Assembly: GCA_016182045.1 (NCBI GenBank)
Contig: JACOYE010000009.1
Coordinates: 1,328-65,327 of the forward strand
Length of the DNA stretch: 64,000 bases
Direction: 5' to 3'
DNA from: Candidatus Microgenomates bacterium
GTDB taxonomy: Bacteria; Patescibacteriota; Microgenomatia; Daviesbacterales; UBA10151
The notes under the pieces are model-generated. The model was not told the DNA's origin, ran no database searches, and saw only the letters and a list, made by a program, of their open reading frames with translations. Of the stretch, positions 8,737 through 17,349 are shown piece by piece. The translations under genes and the position numbers were made by a program. The number at the start of each line of letters is the position of its first letter. Position 1 is the first letter of the stretch.

Positions 8737-9191
8737 TTCAGTCCGATTTCTATTTTTTTAATCTTTTCAATTCTCCTTATGTGCCTTTCTTCATTGGTAA
8801 ATGGGGTCTCCAGCCAAAGTTTAACGGCGTCGATAGCATCTTCCTCTTTTAAAAACCTTGCCCCCAAAGATAAAACATTGGCATCGTTATGCTGCCTGCC
8901 AAGTTTCACTATATCCAAGCTACCACCATAAAATACAGTAGTTCTAATATTGGGAAACTTATTGGCCACAATTGCCTCACCCTGACCTGATCCACCTAAA
9001 ATTATGGCCTTACTGCTTGGATCTTTTGAAACTGCTTGGGCTGCTTTGGAAATAAAGTCAGGATAATCATCTTCCGCATCCATTTGATATGCCCCGAAAT
9101 CTTCCACCTCATACCCTCCATCTTGCAGAAATTTTTTAATCTTTTCTTTTAACTCAAACCCAGCATGATCCGTTGCAAGATAAATTACCAT
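8733..9191 (-). CDS. rpiB: ribose-5-phosphate isomerase B
   Basis: DHAG, DDYPD, GGSGQGE, HNDANVL and RHIRR motifs. Confidence 0.95.
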   Translation of the reverse strand: MVIYLATDHAGFELKEKIKKFLQDGGYEVEDFGAYQMDAEDDYPDFISKAAQAVSKDPSSKAIILGGSGQGEAIVANKFPNIRTTVFYGGSLDIVKLGRQHNDANVLSLGARFLKEEDAIDAVKLWLETPFTNEERHIRRIEKIKKIEIGLK

Positions 9192-9198
9192 ACTTATA

Positions 9199-9229
9199 TT
9201 GTAAATTGTAAATTGTAAATTGTAAATTG
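9199..9229 (+). repeat. heptamer tandem repeat (TTGTAAA)4
   Basis: directly visible upstream of rpiB. Confidence 0.85.
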
Positions 9230-9311
9230 ACTTGATATATTTTGTTATACTTGACTGGAAAATTTTCTTCTGCTATAAATGCTAATGCTTGTATAATAGC
9301 AAGTTCTCAAG

Positions 9312-9337
9312 AAAACTCGCCATGCGCGAGTTTTTTT
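9312..9337 (+). terminator. intrinsic terminator
   Basis: AAAACTCGC-catgc-GCGAGTTTTTTT. Confidence 0.7.
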
Positions 9338-9381
9338 GTGGGTTGACAACAAATATTAATAATAGTAATTTGATATAGGAT

Positions 9382-11481
9382 ATGCTTATCCGAATTGCAG
9401 TATTTTTACTAACCTTTGTTTTTTTATTAACCCCTATTCAAACCGCATTCGCAGACACTGTTACATTTAGCACTCCAGTCAATATCTCTAATACCCCTGG
9501 TCCATCAGAATTTCCAGCTCTCGCCGTCGATAAAAATGGCACAGCTCATGTTTTCTGGGTAGAAAGACATCAAGGATCGGTTTGGGACTACTCGCAAGCA
9601 AAAATTTTTTATGCGACAAAAACCGAGGATGATCCTTGGAGTGAACCTATTGCAATGTCTGGAGTCACGGTAGCTCAATATCTGCCTGTACCGGCTGTTG
9701 ACGAAAACGGTACTATCCATGTGGTTTGGAGGGCGCTAGATACCCAACTCCTCCAATCTGGTATGTTTTACGCAAAAAAGCCTAGGGGCGGCAGTTGGAG
9801 TGAACCAACAATAATTCCAGGCACCGTTGAAATTCCTAACTCCATTACAGACCCGGGTGGCCTTGCAGTTGATGAGAGTGGTACTTTACACTTGGTGTGG
9901 CACGGCGGGGATGGAGTTGATAATGGCTGGTATGCTACCAAGGCGCCTGCTGAAAACTGGACTGAACCCACCAAATTCTTAGAGGCTGCTTATTTGCCCG
10001 ATATTGTCGTGGGCCCAGACAGAACCCTTCACGTAGTCACTCACGCATTTGGCCGCATACGCTACACTACTAAACCATTAGCAGGTTCCTGGACCGACTT
10101 GGTAGAGATTCCAACTCCAATTTATCCTCAGATGCCAACTTTGGCCATCGACGCAAGTGGCAATGTACATCTTACATGGAATGATCAAGGACAAATTTCT
10201 TATATGTTCAAACCAATAGATGGTAATTGGAGTACTCCTATACAAGTATCCCTGCCACCACGCGACAACTTGGGATACCCATCGTTGCTGATGGCAGGCG
10301 AAACGCTGCATGTTGTTTGGCAGGGGTCTGTTAACATGGCTCAAATATTTTACGCCTCCAAATCCCTTCAGGGCGAATGGACTGCTCCAATCACTATTTC
10401 AACTAACCCCACGAATAAGGGTGCTGTTCAGCCGAGAATCGCCGTTGGAGGAGGCAGAGCTCACATTGTTTGGCTCGATGATTCAAGTATGTTGGGGACG
10501 CAAGACGGGCGGGAAATATTTTGGTCCACAGCTAATGTTGATACTACTTCTCCAGTCATAACTTACGCTATTACAGGAACACTAGGTAATAATGGTTGGT
10601 ATACATCTGATGTTAGTGTTTCATGGAATGTGAGTGATCCGGAATCTACAATTACCTCAACTAGTGGTTGTGATCCAAGTGCGGTCACTGCGGATACAGC
10701 AGGCATAACCTTCACCTGTAATGCTACTTCTGCCGGTGGAACAGCTTCCCAATCCGTTACAATCAAACGGGATTCGACCGCCCCCACTGTCACTGTCACC
10801 TCACCTGATAATTTTGCAGTAGTGCCAATGGGTACAACTTTAAATTTTAATGCCGATGATAATCTAAGCGCTCTTGTAAATGTTACAGGAAGCCTATCTG
10901 ACGGAACAACCATAATAAATGTCACAAATGGCTACACAATAACCCAGCCAGGTGTTTATACTCTGATAGTAGAGGCAACAGATAGTGCAGGAAATACTGC
11001 AACTGAGACCCGCTATTTCGTTGTTTATAATCCTTCCTCTGGTTTTGCATCAGGCAGTGGGGTATTTACTCCTGGTGGCCAAAGTAGTGATTTAGGTGAC
11101 AATCTTCCGGGTTTGGATAACAAAAGTCCAGCTAGGTTTGGTTTTGTTGTCAAATATAATCCGGGAGCTACAACTCCAGATGGCCAACTGGAATTCCAAT
11201 ACCGTCAGGGGAACTTTAACCTTAACTCAACCGGGGTTGATTGGTTGGTTATTGTCAACAATAATTGGGCCAAGTTTCAGGGAAACGCAACAATTAAAGG
11301 TTTAACTGGCGAATATCCTTTCAGGGTTGATGCAAGGGATGGCGATTTTGGTGGGGGGAATCAATCAGATCGTTTCATCATTAAAATTTGGTCTCCTGGT
11401 GCCAATCCTGATCTGGCAGACCCCATTTATAAAGCTTCTGGTGACCTAATGGGAGGAAACATAGTAATTCATACTCAGTAG
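9382..11481 (+). CDS. secreted protein with beta-propeller-like repeats and Ig-like domains
   Basis: signal peptide; repeated P-x-AVDxxGTxHVVW...YA.K...W units; DTTSP/DSTAP Ig-like repeats. Confidence 0.75.
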   Translation: MLIRIAVFLLTFVFLLTPIQTAFADTVTFSTPVNISNTPGPSEFPALAVDKNGTAHVFWVERHQGSVWDYSQAKIFYATKTEDDPWSEPIAMSGVTVAQYLPVPAVDENGTIHVVWRALDTQLLQSGMFYAKKPRGGSWSEPTIIPGTVEIPNSITDPGGLAVDESGTLHLVWHGGDGVDNGWYATKAPAENWTEPTKFLEAAYLPDIVVGPDRTLHVVTHAFGRIRYTTKPLAGSWTDLVEIPTPIYPQMPTLAIDASGNVHLTWNDQGQISYMFKPIDGNWSTPIQVSLPPRDNLGYPSLLMAGETLHVVWQGSVNMAQIFYASKSLQGEWTAPITISTNPTNKGAVQPRIAVGGGRAHIVWLDDSSMLGTQDGREIFWSTANVDTTSPVITYAITGTLGNNGWYTSDVSVSWNVSDPESTITSTSGCDPSAVTADTAGITFTCNATSAGGTASQSVTIKRDSTAPTVTVTSPDNFAVVPMGTTLNFNADDNLSALVNVTGSLSDGTTIINVTNGYTITQPGVYTLIVEATDSAGNTATETRYFVVYNPSSGFASGSGVFTPGGQSSDLGDNLPGLDNKSPARFGFVVKYNPGATTPDGQLEFQYRQGNFNLNSTGVDWLVIVNNNWAKFQGNATIKGLTGEYPFRVDARDGDFGGGNQSDRFIIKIWSPGANPDLADPIYKASGDLMGGNIVIHTQ

Positions 11482-11551
11482 AAAGCTCACGTCGCGAGTT
11501 TTTTTGTGGGAGCATAGTCGAATGTATTTTCTTGTGCTATAATCTAACTAT

Positions 11552-11671
11552 TCTTTCGGGGTTTTGTGTAAGTCAAAATCGGTGGTAAAACTCCACGATC
11601 CCGCACCGTCTGGTGCAGGAACGAACTGGTGAAAATCCAGTAGCGACCGTACAGTCGGAATGAAAGAAAGA
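11552..11671 (+). ncRNA. FMN (RFN)-type riboswitch aptamer, variant
   Basis: TCTTTCGGGG...ATCGGTGGTAAA..CCACGA...CTGGTGAAAATCCAG..GACCGTACAGTCGGAATGAAAGAAAGA follows the RFN P1-P6 layout; extended -10 TGCTATAAT at 11535-11543. Confidence 0.8.
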
Positions 11672-11672
11672 C

Positions 11673-11738
11673 GTCGTCCCCGCGAAAGCGGGGAACCATA
11701 AAATAATTATATGGATCCCAGACTTGATCTGGAATGAC
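11673..11738. repeat. RPE/dRS3-like palindromic element
   Basis: GTCGTCCCCGCGAAAGCGGGGAACCA...TGGATCCCAGACTTGATCTGGAATGAC. Confidence 0.65.
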
Positions 11739-11748
11739 TGATGAATTT

Positions 11749-11769
11749 AGCCCCGAAAGGGGCTTTTTT
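11749..11769 (+). terminator. intrinsic terminator after FMN aptamer
   Basis: AGCCCC-GAAA-GGGGCTTTTTT. Confidence 0.85.
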
Positions 11770-11898
11770 GATTCCTTCAGTCTCGAGCTTAACAATTTCT
11801 GAACGTGGTAAAATTCCAAAAGCGGTTTCTTTGAAGCTAGTTGCTGATTTAAGTTTAGTAGATTTTCTCACAGCTCAATTCTAACACAACAGTAGCTG

Positions 11899-12087
11899 TT
11901 ACCTAAAAAGAGCTCGAGCTTGTTTGCGAGAGATTTTTTCCCCTTCCAGACGCATAGTATGGTAGACATCTTCAGGAAGAAGATTTTTTACATCAGGTTT
12001 TTTACCCATATTTAAATAGCGTTTCTTAAAGGTTCTAAACGCTTGGATAAGGCTTTTGTTTTTATTCACTAATTGAATGCTGGTCAT
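11899..12087 (-). CDS. small protein with Fic-inhibitory-like motif (VbhA-like)
   Basis: 62 aa from the ATG at 12087 (TATAAT 6 nt upstream); TMRLEG fits (S/T)xxxE(G/N). Confidence 0.5.
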   Translation of the reverse strand: MTSIQLVNKNKSLIQAFRTFKKRYLNMGKKPDVKNLLPEDVYHTMRLEGEKISRKQARALFR

Positions 12088-12235
12088 ACACCTATTATAG
12101 CACTTTTTACTATTTCTAATCTGGCCTAGTGGTATAATCGAGCCTAACATATGGACGAACTCTGTCTCCAAACTTTTTTCTTAAAACGCTTGATTTTGCT
12201 GAGCACTCCGGTCAGGACCCATCCTATCGTTATAA

Positions 12236-13006
12236 CTAAGTAATTAGTGACTCAAACTTTGGCACCAAGCTCTCAACTTCATTAATCATAGATTGAATTG
12301 TTTCAATTAGTATTTCTCCCTCAATAATGCCAGGCTCATTTAGAACAATATTAAATCTAAATTGCATATTTGGAATTGGTTTTGCATCTGGACCATCAAT
12401 AAAAAGCTCATCTCCAACCTTAAGTGGAAATAGTATATCTGCAGGCTTGATAAATAAAGGTATGGCAGGTACTTTCAAGTCAGGAAAAGCTTTGGTCGTT
12501 GATACTTGTAGATGTTTACCAATATCCATACTTCCAAATGAGGATCCTACCGTAACAAGTAATCGATGTTTATCAATATTATTCAGCTGAGAAATTCTCC
12601 ATAGATTAATGTTGCCTTCTTTGTATGGCTTAACTGAATCAATTATGTCTTTAGCTTGTTGTGAAATTCCTTCAGTTTTTTTAATTTTCTCTCGTTGATA
12701 ATGATCAAAATCTTGGGATATCGGAAAATAGATATGACGGCCTATGTTACCATTTCCAGAACCAATGGTGAAAAGCTGATAAGCTAAATAGTCCAAAGCA
12801 CTTCTTAAATTCTGGATGATATCTCCTGTTATAAAAGCAATCTTTTCCGGAACCTGCTCTGCTTTAACAAGATAATAAATTAAACGCTTTGATTGTGGAT
12901 CGGATTTAGTATCAATTTTGTAAGGTTGTGAATCAAAAAAAGATTTTACCTCTTTTTGCAATTCCTCTTTTAACTGCTTAGCGCGTTCAATTTTACTTGT
13001 CCACAT
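12236..13006 (-). CDS. hypothetical, HEPN-like helical protein
   Basis: GDIIQNLRSALDYL and LNNIDKHR motifs. Confidence 0.55.
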   Translation of the reverse strand: MWTSKIERAKQLKEELQKEVKSFFDSQPYKIDTKSDPQSKRLIYYLVKAEQVPEKIAFITGDIIQNLRSALDYLAYQLFTIGSGNGNIGRHIYFPISQDFDHYQREKIKKTEGISQQAKDIIDSVKPYKEGNINLWRISQLNNIDKHRLLVTVGSSFGSMDIGKHLQVSTTKAFPDLKVPAIPLFIKPADILFPLKVGDELFIDGPDAKPIPNMQFRFNIVLNEPGIIEGEILIETIQSMINEVESLVPKFESLIT

Positions 13007-13085
13007 AAATGTGATGGCTTACGATCACTTTAGGTGCCCATCTTAACTGGCACAAGTCGACTATGTGGGAACTTTTTATTCCTAT

Positions 13086-13655
13086 CTATAACTTCCATTC
13101 TTTAGTTAATTTTTTTACTAAATCCTCTATATATTGTTCTAGGGTTGTGAAATCTTTCCTTGGATTGACAATTAAGGAATATGTCTTGTCCGTATTTTCC
13201 AGATCAATTATCTTAAATCTTACCTCCCCATTTGATGACAGACTACTTCGCTTATGAGCAATAATTTCCTTTCCGTACTTTTCATCTGGATGTGCTGAAA
13301 GTCTATGCCTTTTTTCTTTTATTTCAATTATCCACTCATCAAAGACCGAAGACTTAGATAATTTTTTACCAAAATTTATACATGAAGCTATATAGGCATA
13401 CGTTGCTATTGCAGAGCTGAAAATTTTGTACTGCATATCACTATATTTAGGATGATCAGATGTAGCTAGTTCATTAAGTTGTGGAACATTATTTTCCTCA
13501 AAAACTCTTACTTGGGCTTCGGCGTAGGTTAAATAAAGATATAGAGCTGATAACAGAAATCCTCTTTTATACCATAAAAGATCTGTTTGCATTAATTTAT
13601 TAACAGATAAATAAAGAGAATTAAGATTATCGTATGTATAAGGAATATCTGGCAT
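13086..13655 (-). CDS. hypothetical, HEPN-like protein
   Basis: helical protein with KRHRLSAHP (Rx4-6H) motif. Confidence 0.5.
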   Translation of the reverse strand: MPDIPYTYDNLNSLYLSVNKLMQTDLLWYKRGFLLSALYLYLTYAEAQVRVFEENNVPQLNELATSDHPKYSDMQYKIFSSAIATYAYIASCINFGKKLSKSSVFDEWIIEIKEKRHRLSAHPDEKYGKEIIAHKRSSLSSNGEVRFKIIDLENTDKTYSLIVNPRKDFTTLEQYIEDLVKKLTKEWKL

Positions 13656-13797
13656 TTAAATTGAAGTATATCAGAAGCTAAAATTCTTTACACTTGGAAC
13701 TTAATTTAAGTTGTTACAATAGTCTAAAGTGTTAAAAAAAGCTGATCGTCCAAGTTTGCTGAGCGTACCGGTCTAGGACCATTTAGTCCTATAACTA

Positions 13798-14394
13798 TTA
13801 TATCTTCTTAAGTCTTTTTATGATAGATTCGCAGATGTCTGAAAAAGTATTAGCCCAATGTTCGTTTATTTCCTCACCCTCAGATAATTCTTCATGCAAG
13901 TGGACAAAGTTTCTTAAATCTTTTATTAAATGTATTTTGTAAAATTCTTTCTCAGAAATTAGATTGTTACTTAAAGCCGCATCAAGTGCGATATCAAATT
14001 TTTCTTTTCCGGTATATTCTCTTAGCACAGCTTCGATCAGCGAACCATACAAGATAATTGTTGGTTTCCATAACCTATTTTTTAGACATACTTTTGCAGA
14101 TTTGTAATCTCGTTGAAGAAGAAGTCTCAATCTATTGTTGTTTATAAAATCAAAAGTCCTACTACCAGCAATCTTACGATAATCAATATCAGTTCTTTCA
14201 TATTGTTTCTTCATTCGATTTCTTTGAAATTCTCTGAAATTGTCTGAAACAATTTTTGCACCTGGATATTTACGTAAATAGTCAGCCTTACTCAAATCAT
14301 GTTTTTTTAACAGATGAGTGGTCATATTCGTAAATTCATTTTGGCACTCCAAACATTTAATCTTCATAGACATATTTGACAAGATCTTTCTCAA
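13798..14394 (-). CDS. C2H2 zinc-finger plus HEPN/DUF4145-like protein
   Basis: CLEC...HLLKKH N-terminus; GSLIEAVL and DLRNFVH C-terminal motifs; start may be an internal ATG. Confidence 0.55.
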   Translation of the reverse strand: MRKILSNMSMKIKCLECQNEFTNMTTHLLKKHDLSKADYLRKYPGAKIVSDNFREFQRNRMKKQYERTDIDYRKIAGSRTFDFINNNRLRLLLQRDYKSAKVCLKNRLWKPTIILYGSLIEAVLREYTGKEKFDIALDAALSNNLISEKEFYKIHLIKDLRNFVHLHEELSEGEEINEHWANTFSDICESIIKRLKKI

Positions 14395-14406
14395 AAACTC
14401 TTAGCT

Positions 14407-14480
14407 TGGCTGCTGGGCTTGGATTTGAACCAAGATAGATAGCTCCAGAGGCTATCGTCCTACCGTTAGACGACCCAGCA
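14407..14480 (-). tRNA. tRNA-Gln(CTG)
   Basis: cloverleaf TGCTGGG...GATAGC-CT-CTG-GA-GCTATC...GGTTCAAATCC...CCCAGCA-G-CCA. Confidence 0.95.
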
Positions 14481-14594
14481 ATATTTGGCAAAATTATAAG
14501 GACCTACTTCGCACTTCGGTGTGAAATATTTTACCTCGTGCTCGCAGAACCTGTTAATTCTCTCCGAGAATTATATCAATTTTTAAACTGGAAA

Positions 14595-14960
14595 CTAATG
14601 GGGGAATTTGCGGAGACCCCAGCCTGCTATTATGGCTGAGGCAGAAATTATTCCCAATAAAAAGGTGGGGAAGGCTGTTTTGGGTAATGTTTCAACACCA
14701 CCCTTTGTTCGCTCAGCTATTCTGCTGTAGGCGGAAGCTGGTGTAGGTGAGGGAGCCATGAAAGTATCCTGACCTAAAACTGAGGAAGGACTCGGAGACG
14801 ATGTTGGGCTACCTTCTATTTGAGCTACCTCAACCTGAGAGTTACTAACCTTTCGGGCTGAAAATCCACCACTAATTAAAAAATATCCCACTGCCAAGGC
14901 TGCTAATACAAGTCCAATAGTTATTAATCTAAGCCAACGAGGATCATCCATGTTGGGCAT
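14595..14960 (-). CDS. membrane protein with LPxTG-like sorting signal
   Basis: N-terminal TM, Ser/Pro linker, LPKTA followed by a TM helix and basic tail. Confidence 0.65.
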   Translation of the reverse strand: MPNMDDPRWLRLITIGLVLAALAVGYFLISGGFSARKVSNSQVEVAQIEGSPTSSPSPSSVLGQDTFMAPSPTPASAYSRIAERTKGGVETLPKTAFPTFLLGIISASAIIAGWGLRKFPH

Positions 14961-14984
14961 TCTATCACAAAGCTATGAGTCTTA

Positions 14985-16307
14985 TCAACTTGATGATTTC
15001 TCCAGATATGCTAAAGCTTCATTTGCTCTTTTTAAAGTCTCTTCTTCCCCCAATATTTTAACACTCTCAAAAAGCGGCGGGCTAACCAATTGGCCCGAGA
15101 TAGCCACTCTGATCAACTGGAAAGTTTGGGTCGCTGAAAGTCCATGGCTTTCACCAAATTGTCTGAATGTTTTTTCAAACATATCAGCCTTCCATGGTTT
15201 CTCCATCTTTTCCATCACCTCTAACATCTCTTTCAATAACTTCACTATGTCCAACCTTTTCTTAACCACTTTTTCAAATACCTCTTGTTCGTACTCCGGT
15301 TTTTCCCAGAGAAAATCTGTCAGCGGTATGAAATCCGATAACTTCTTAATCCTCTCTTTAACAAGCGGTATAACTTTATCTAGCTCCTCATCTGCTGGAT
15401 GTTCTAGTTTTCCTTGAGAGATATCCTTCAAATATTCTAAGATTTGAGTTTTGAGTTTTGAGTTTTGAGTTTTCCTAATATATTCTCCATTCATCCATTC
15501 CAGTTTCCGGACATCAAAAATGGCAGGGGCAGTATTTAAATCTTTCAAATCAAATTCTTCTATCATCTCCGACAGAGTTAAAATTTCTTTTCCAGAGGGA
15601 GGGGTCCATCCCAAAAGCACCAGGAAATTGATCAACGCCTCTGGTAAAAATCCATCTCTTTTATAATCTAAAACACCTATGCTTCCATGTCTTTTGGAAA
15701 GTTTACTTCTATCAGTTGCTAAAATATTGGGAGAGTGGGCAAACTGCGGAATATCCCATCCAAATGATTCATACAACATGATGTGTTTTGGTGTTGATGA
15801 AATCCAGTCTTCACCACGAGTCACATGAGAAATGTTCATCAGATGATCGTCAACCACGGAGGCCAAATGATAGGTGGGATATTCATCGGATTTTAAAATT
15901 ACAAAATCTTCCACCTGCCTATTCTCAAACTTAATGCTCTTATTACCCACTAAATCAATCCAGGAAGTTGAACCCTCTTTTTTTGTCTTAAAGAAAATTG
16001 CTTCTTCCTGTTGGTAAGCTTTATCAGAATTCAATAATTGAAGTGCATGTTCTTTATAAATATCCAATCGTTCTGACTGAAGGATTACTTTCTCGTCCCA
16101 ACTCAGACCAAGCCACTTTAAGCTATCATAAATGGCACTATAACTTTCCTCAACTTCCCTTTTTTTGTCGGTATCCTCAATTCTTAAAAGAAATTTACCC
16201 CTGTTGTGTTTTGCAAAAAGATAGGTAAAAAGTGCAGTTCTCATATTACCCACATGAGGATTACCGGTAGGTGATGGTGCATATCTTACTCTAACTTCCT
16301 CAGCCAT
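14985..16307 (-). CDS. gltX: glutamate--tRNA ligase
   Basis: RYAPSPTG, HVGN, LRIEDTD and KLSKR motifs. Confidence 0.97.
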   Translation of the reverse strand: MAEEVRVRYAPSPTGNPHVGNMRTALFTYLFAKHNRGKFLLRIEDTDKKREVEESYSAIYDSLKWLGLSWDEKVILQSERLDIYKEHALQLLNSDKAYQQEEAIFFKTKKEGSTSWIDLVGNKSIKFENRQVEDFVILKSDEYPTYHLASVVDDHLMNISHVTRGEDWISSTPKHIMLYESFGWDIPQFAHSPNILATDRSKLSKRHGSIGVLDYKRDGFLPEALINFLVLLGWTPPSGKEILTLSEMIEEFDLKDLNTAPAIFDVRKLEWMNGEYIRKTQNSKLKTQILEYLKDISQGKLEHPADEELDKVIPLVKERIKKLSDFIPLTDFLWEKPEYEQEVFEKVVKKRLDIVKLLKEMLEVMEKMEKPWKADMFEKTFRQFGESHGLSATQTFQLIRVAISGQLVSPPLFESVKILGEEETLKRANEALAYLEKSSS

Positions 16308-16341
16308 AGTGCTTAGATTATACTACCAATGTATAATAAAT

Positions 16342-17349
16342 ATGTCCAAAAATATTATGACCTTAACTCAAACTGCCATTATCACCAAAAATATTATCAC
16401 CATAAGCGTATTGGCAACAGTTTTAAGTATCTTAAGCTTTATTGGTTACAAACTTTGGTATGCCTATTACTTGTCCGCCATTCCCCCAGTTGAGGAAAAA
16501 CCGGACTATAAATTTGGCAGTTTACCACCGATAGATTTCCCCGAGGCTACTGTTTCTTCCTCCAATTTTTCCTACAGTATCGATACCACCACCGGTAACC
16601 TCCCCAAAGTGGGGATAGATCCCGGCTTTGAAAAGATCATAAAAGTTTATTTTGTGATAAAACCCGTAGCTACCCTTTTATCTTCGGAGAAAAGTTTGGA
16701 TTTGGCTGAAAAATTCGCCATTTTCGCTCCTTTAGAAATCCTCTCTGAAACCTCTTATCAATTTCAGGAAAACGACAAAAATCTGAGGGTGGATATAGAT
16801 AGTGGAAATTTTATCTACACCAAGGAGTCTAGTCCATCTGCCAGAGAAAATCTTGATGATGAAGATAAGTTAGCTCAAGATTTTCAAAATATGCTCTCCT
16901 TTTTGGGAATCTCAAAGGATGAACTTAAAAATGGCCGGTCAAAAGTTATTATTTTAAATGATGAAGAGGGATTAGCTCAAATCTCCTTATGGCCAAAATT
17001 TTTTGATAAAAGAGAAGTCTTTACACCTCAGTTTAATAAATCTTTAGTAAACGCGGTGGTGAGAAGATCAGCAGATAATTTGGAGAATTATCTTGCCCTA
17101 AATTTTACATTCTGGAATGTTGATACTACCACCTTTGCAACTTACCCCACAAAATCTGCTGAGGCGGCTTTTGAGGACCTCAAATCTGGTAAGGGAGTGA
17201 TTACGATTGAACCATCCAAGCCACAGGTGTCCATCACCTCCATCTCTTTGGGGTATTATTTAGCAGATAACTATACTCTTTATCTTCAGCCAATTTATAT
17301 ATTTGAAGGACCTCAATTTGCATCCTATGTGTCGGCCGTCAATCAGTAA
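16342..17349 (+). CDS. hypothetical membrane-anchored protein
   Basis: long ORF with N-terminal TM; the ATG at 16342 follows TATAAT (a later ATG is possible). Confidence 0.7.
   Translation: MSKNIMTLTQTAIITKNIITISVLATVLSILSFIGYKLWYAYYLSAIPPVEEKPDYKFGSLPPIDFPEATVSSSNFSYSIDTTTGNLPKVGIDPGFEKIIKVYFVIKPVATLLSSEKSLDLAEKFAIFAPLEILSETSYQFQENDKNLRVDIDSGNFIYTKESSPSARENLDDEDKLAQDFQNMLSFLGISKDELKNGRSKVIILNDEEGLAQISLWPKFFDKREVFTPQFNKSLVNAVVRRSADNLENYLALNFTFWNVDTTTFATYPTKSAEAAFEDLKSGKGVITIEPSKPQVSITSISLGYYLADNYTLYLQPIYIFEGPQFASYVSAVNQ

Noticed and set aside
9251-9337. Short promoter-to-terminator unit with a tiny MLV* uORF as a riboswitch or attenuator
   Set aside because: Promoter and terminator are visible, but no antiterminator or known aptamer could be identified
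11544-11819. 91-aa minus-strand ORF
   Set aside because: Antisense to the FMN aptamer and repeat; spurious
12195-13797. Classical integron attC sites
   Set aside because: GTT/AAC core orientation relative to the genes is wrong, there is no long imperfect palindrome, and no intI is present
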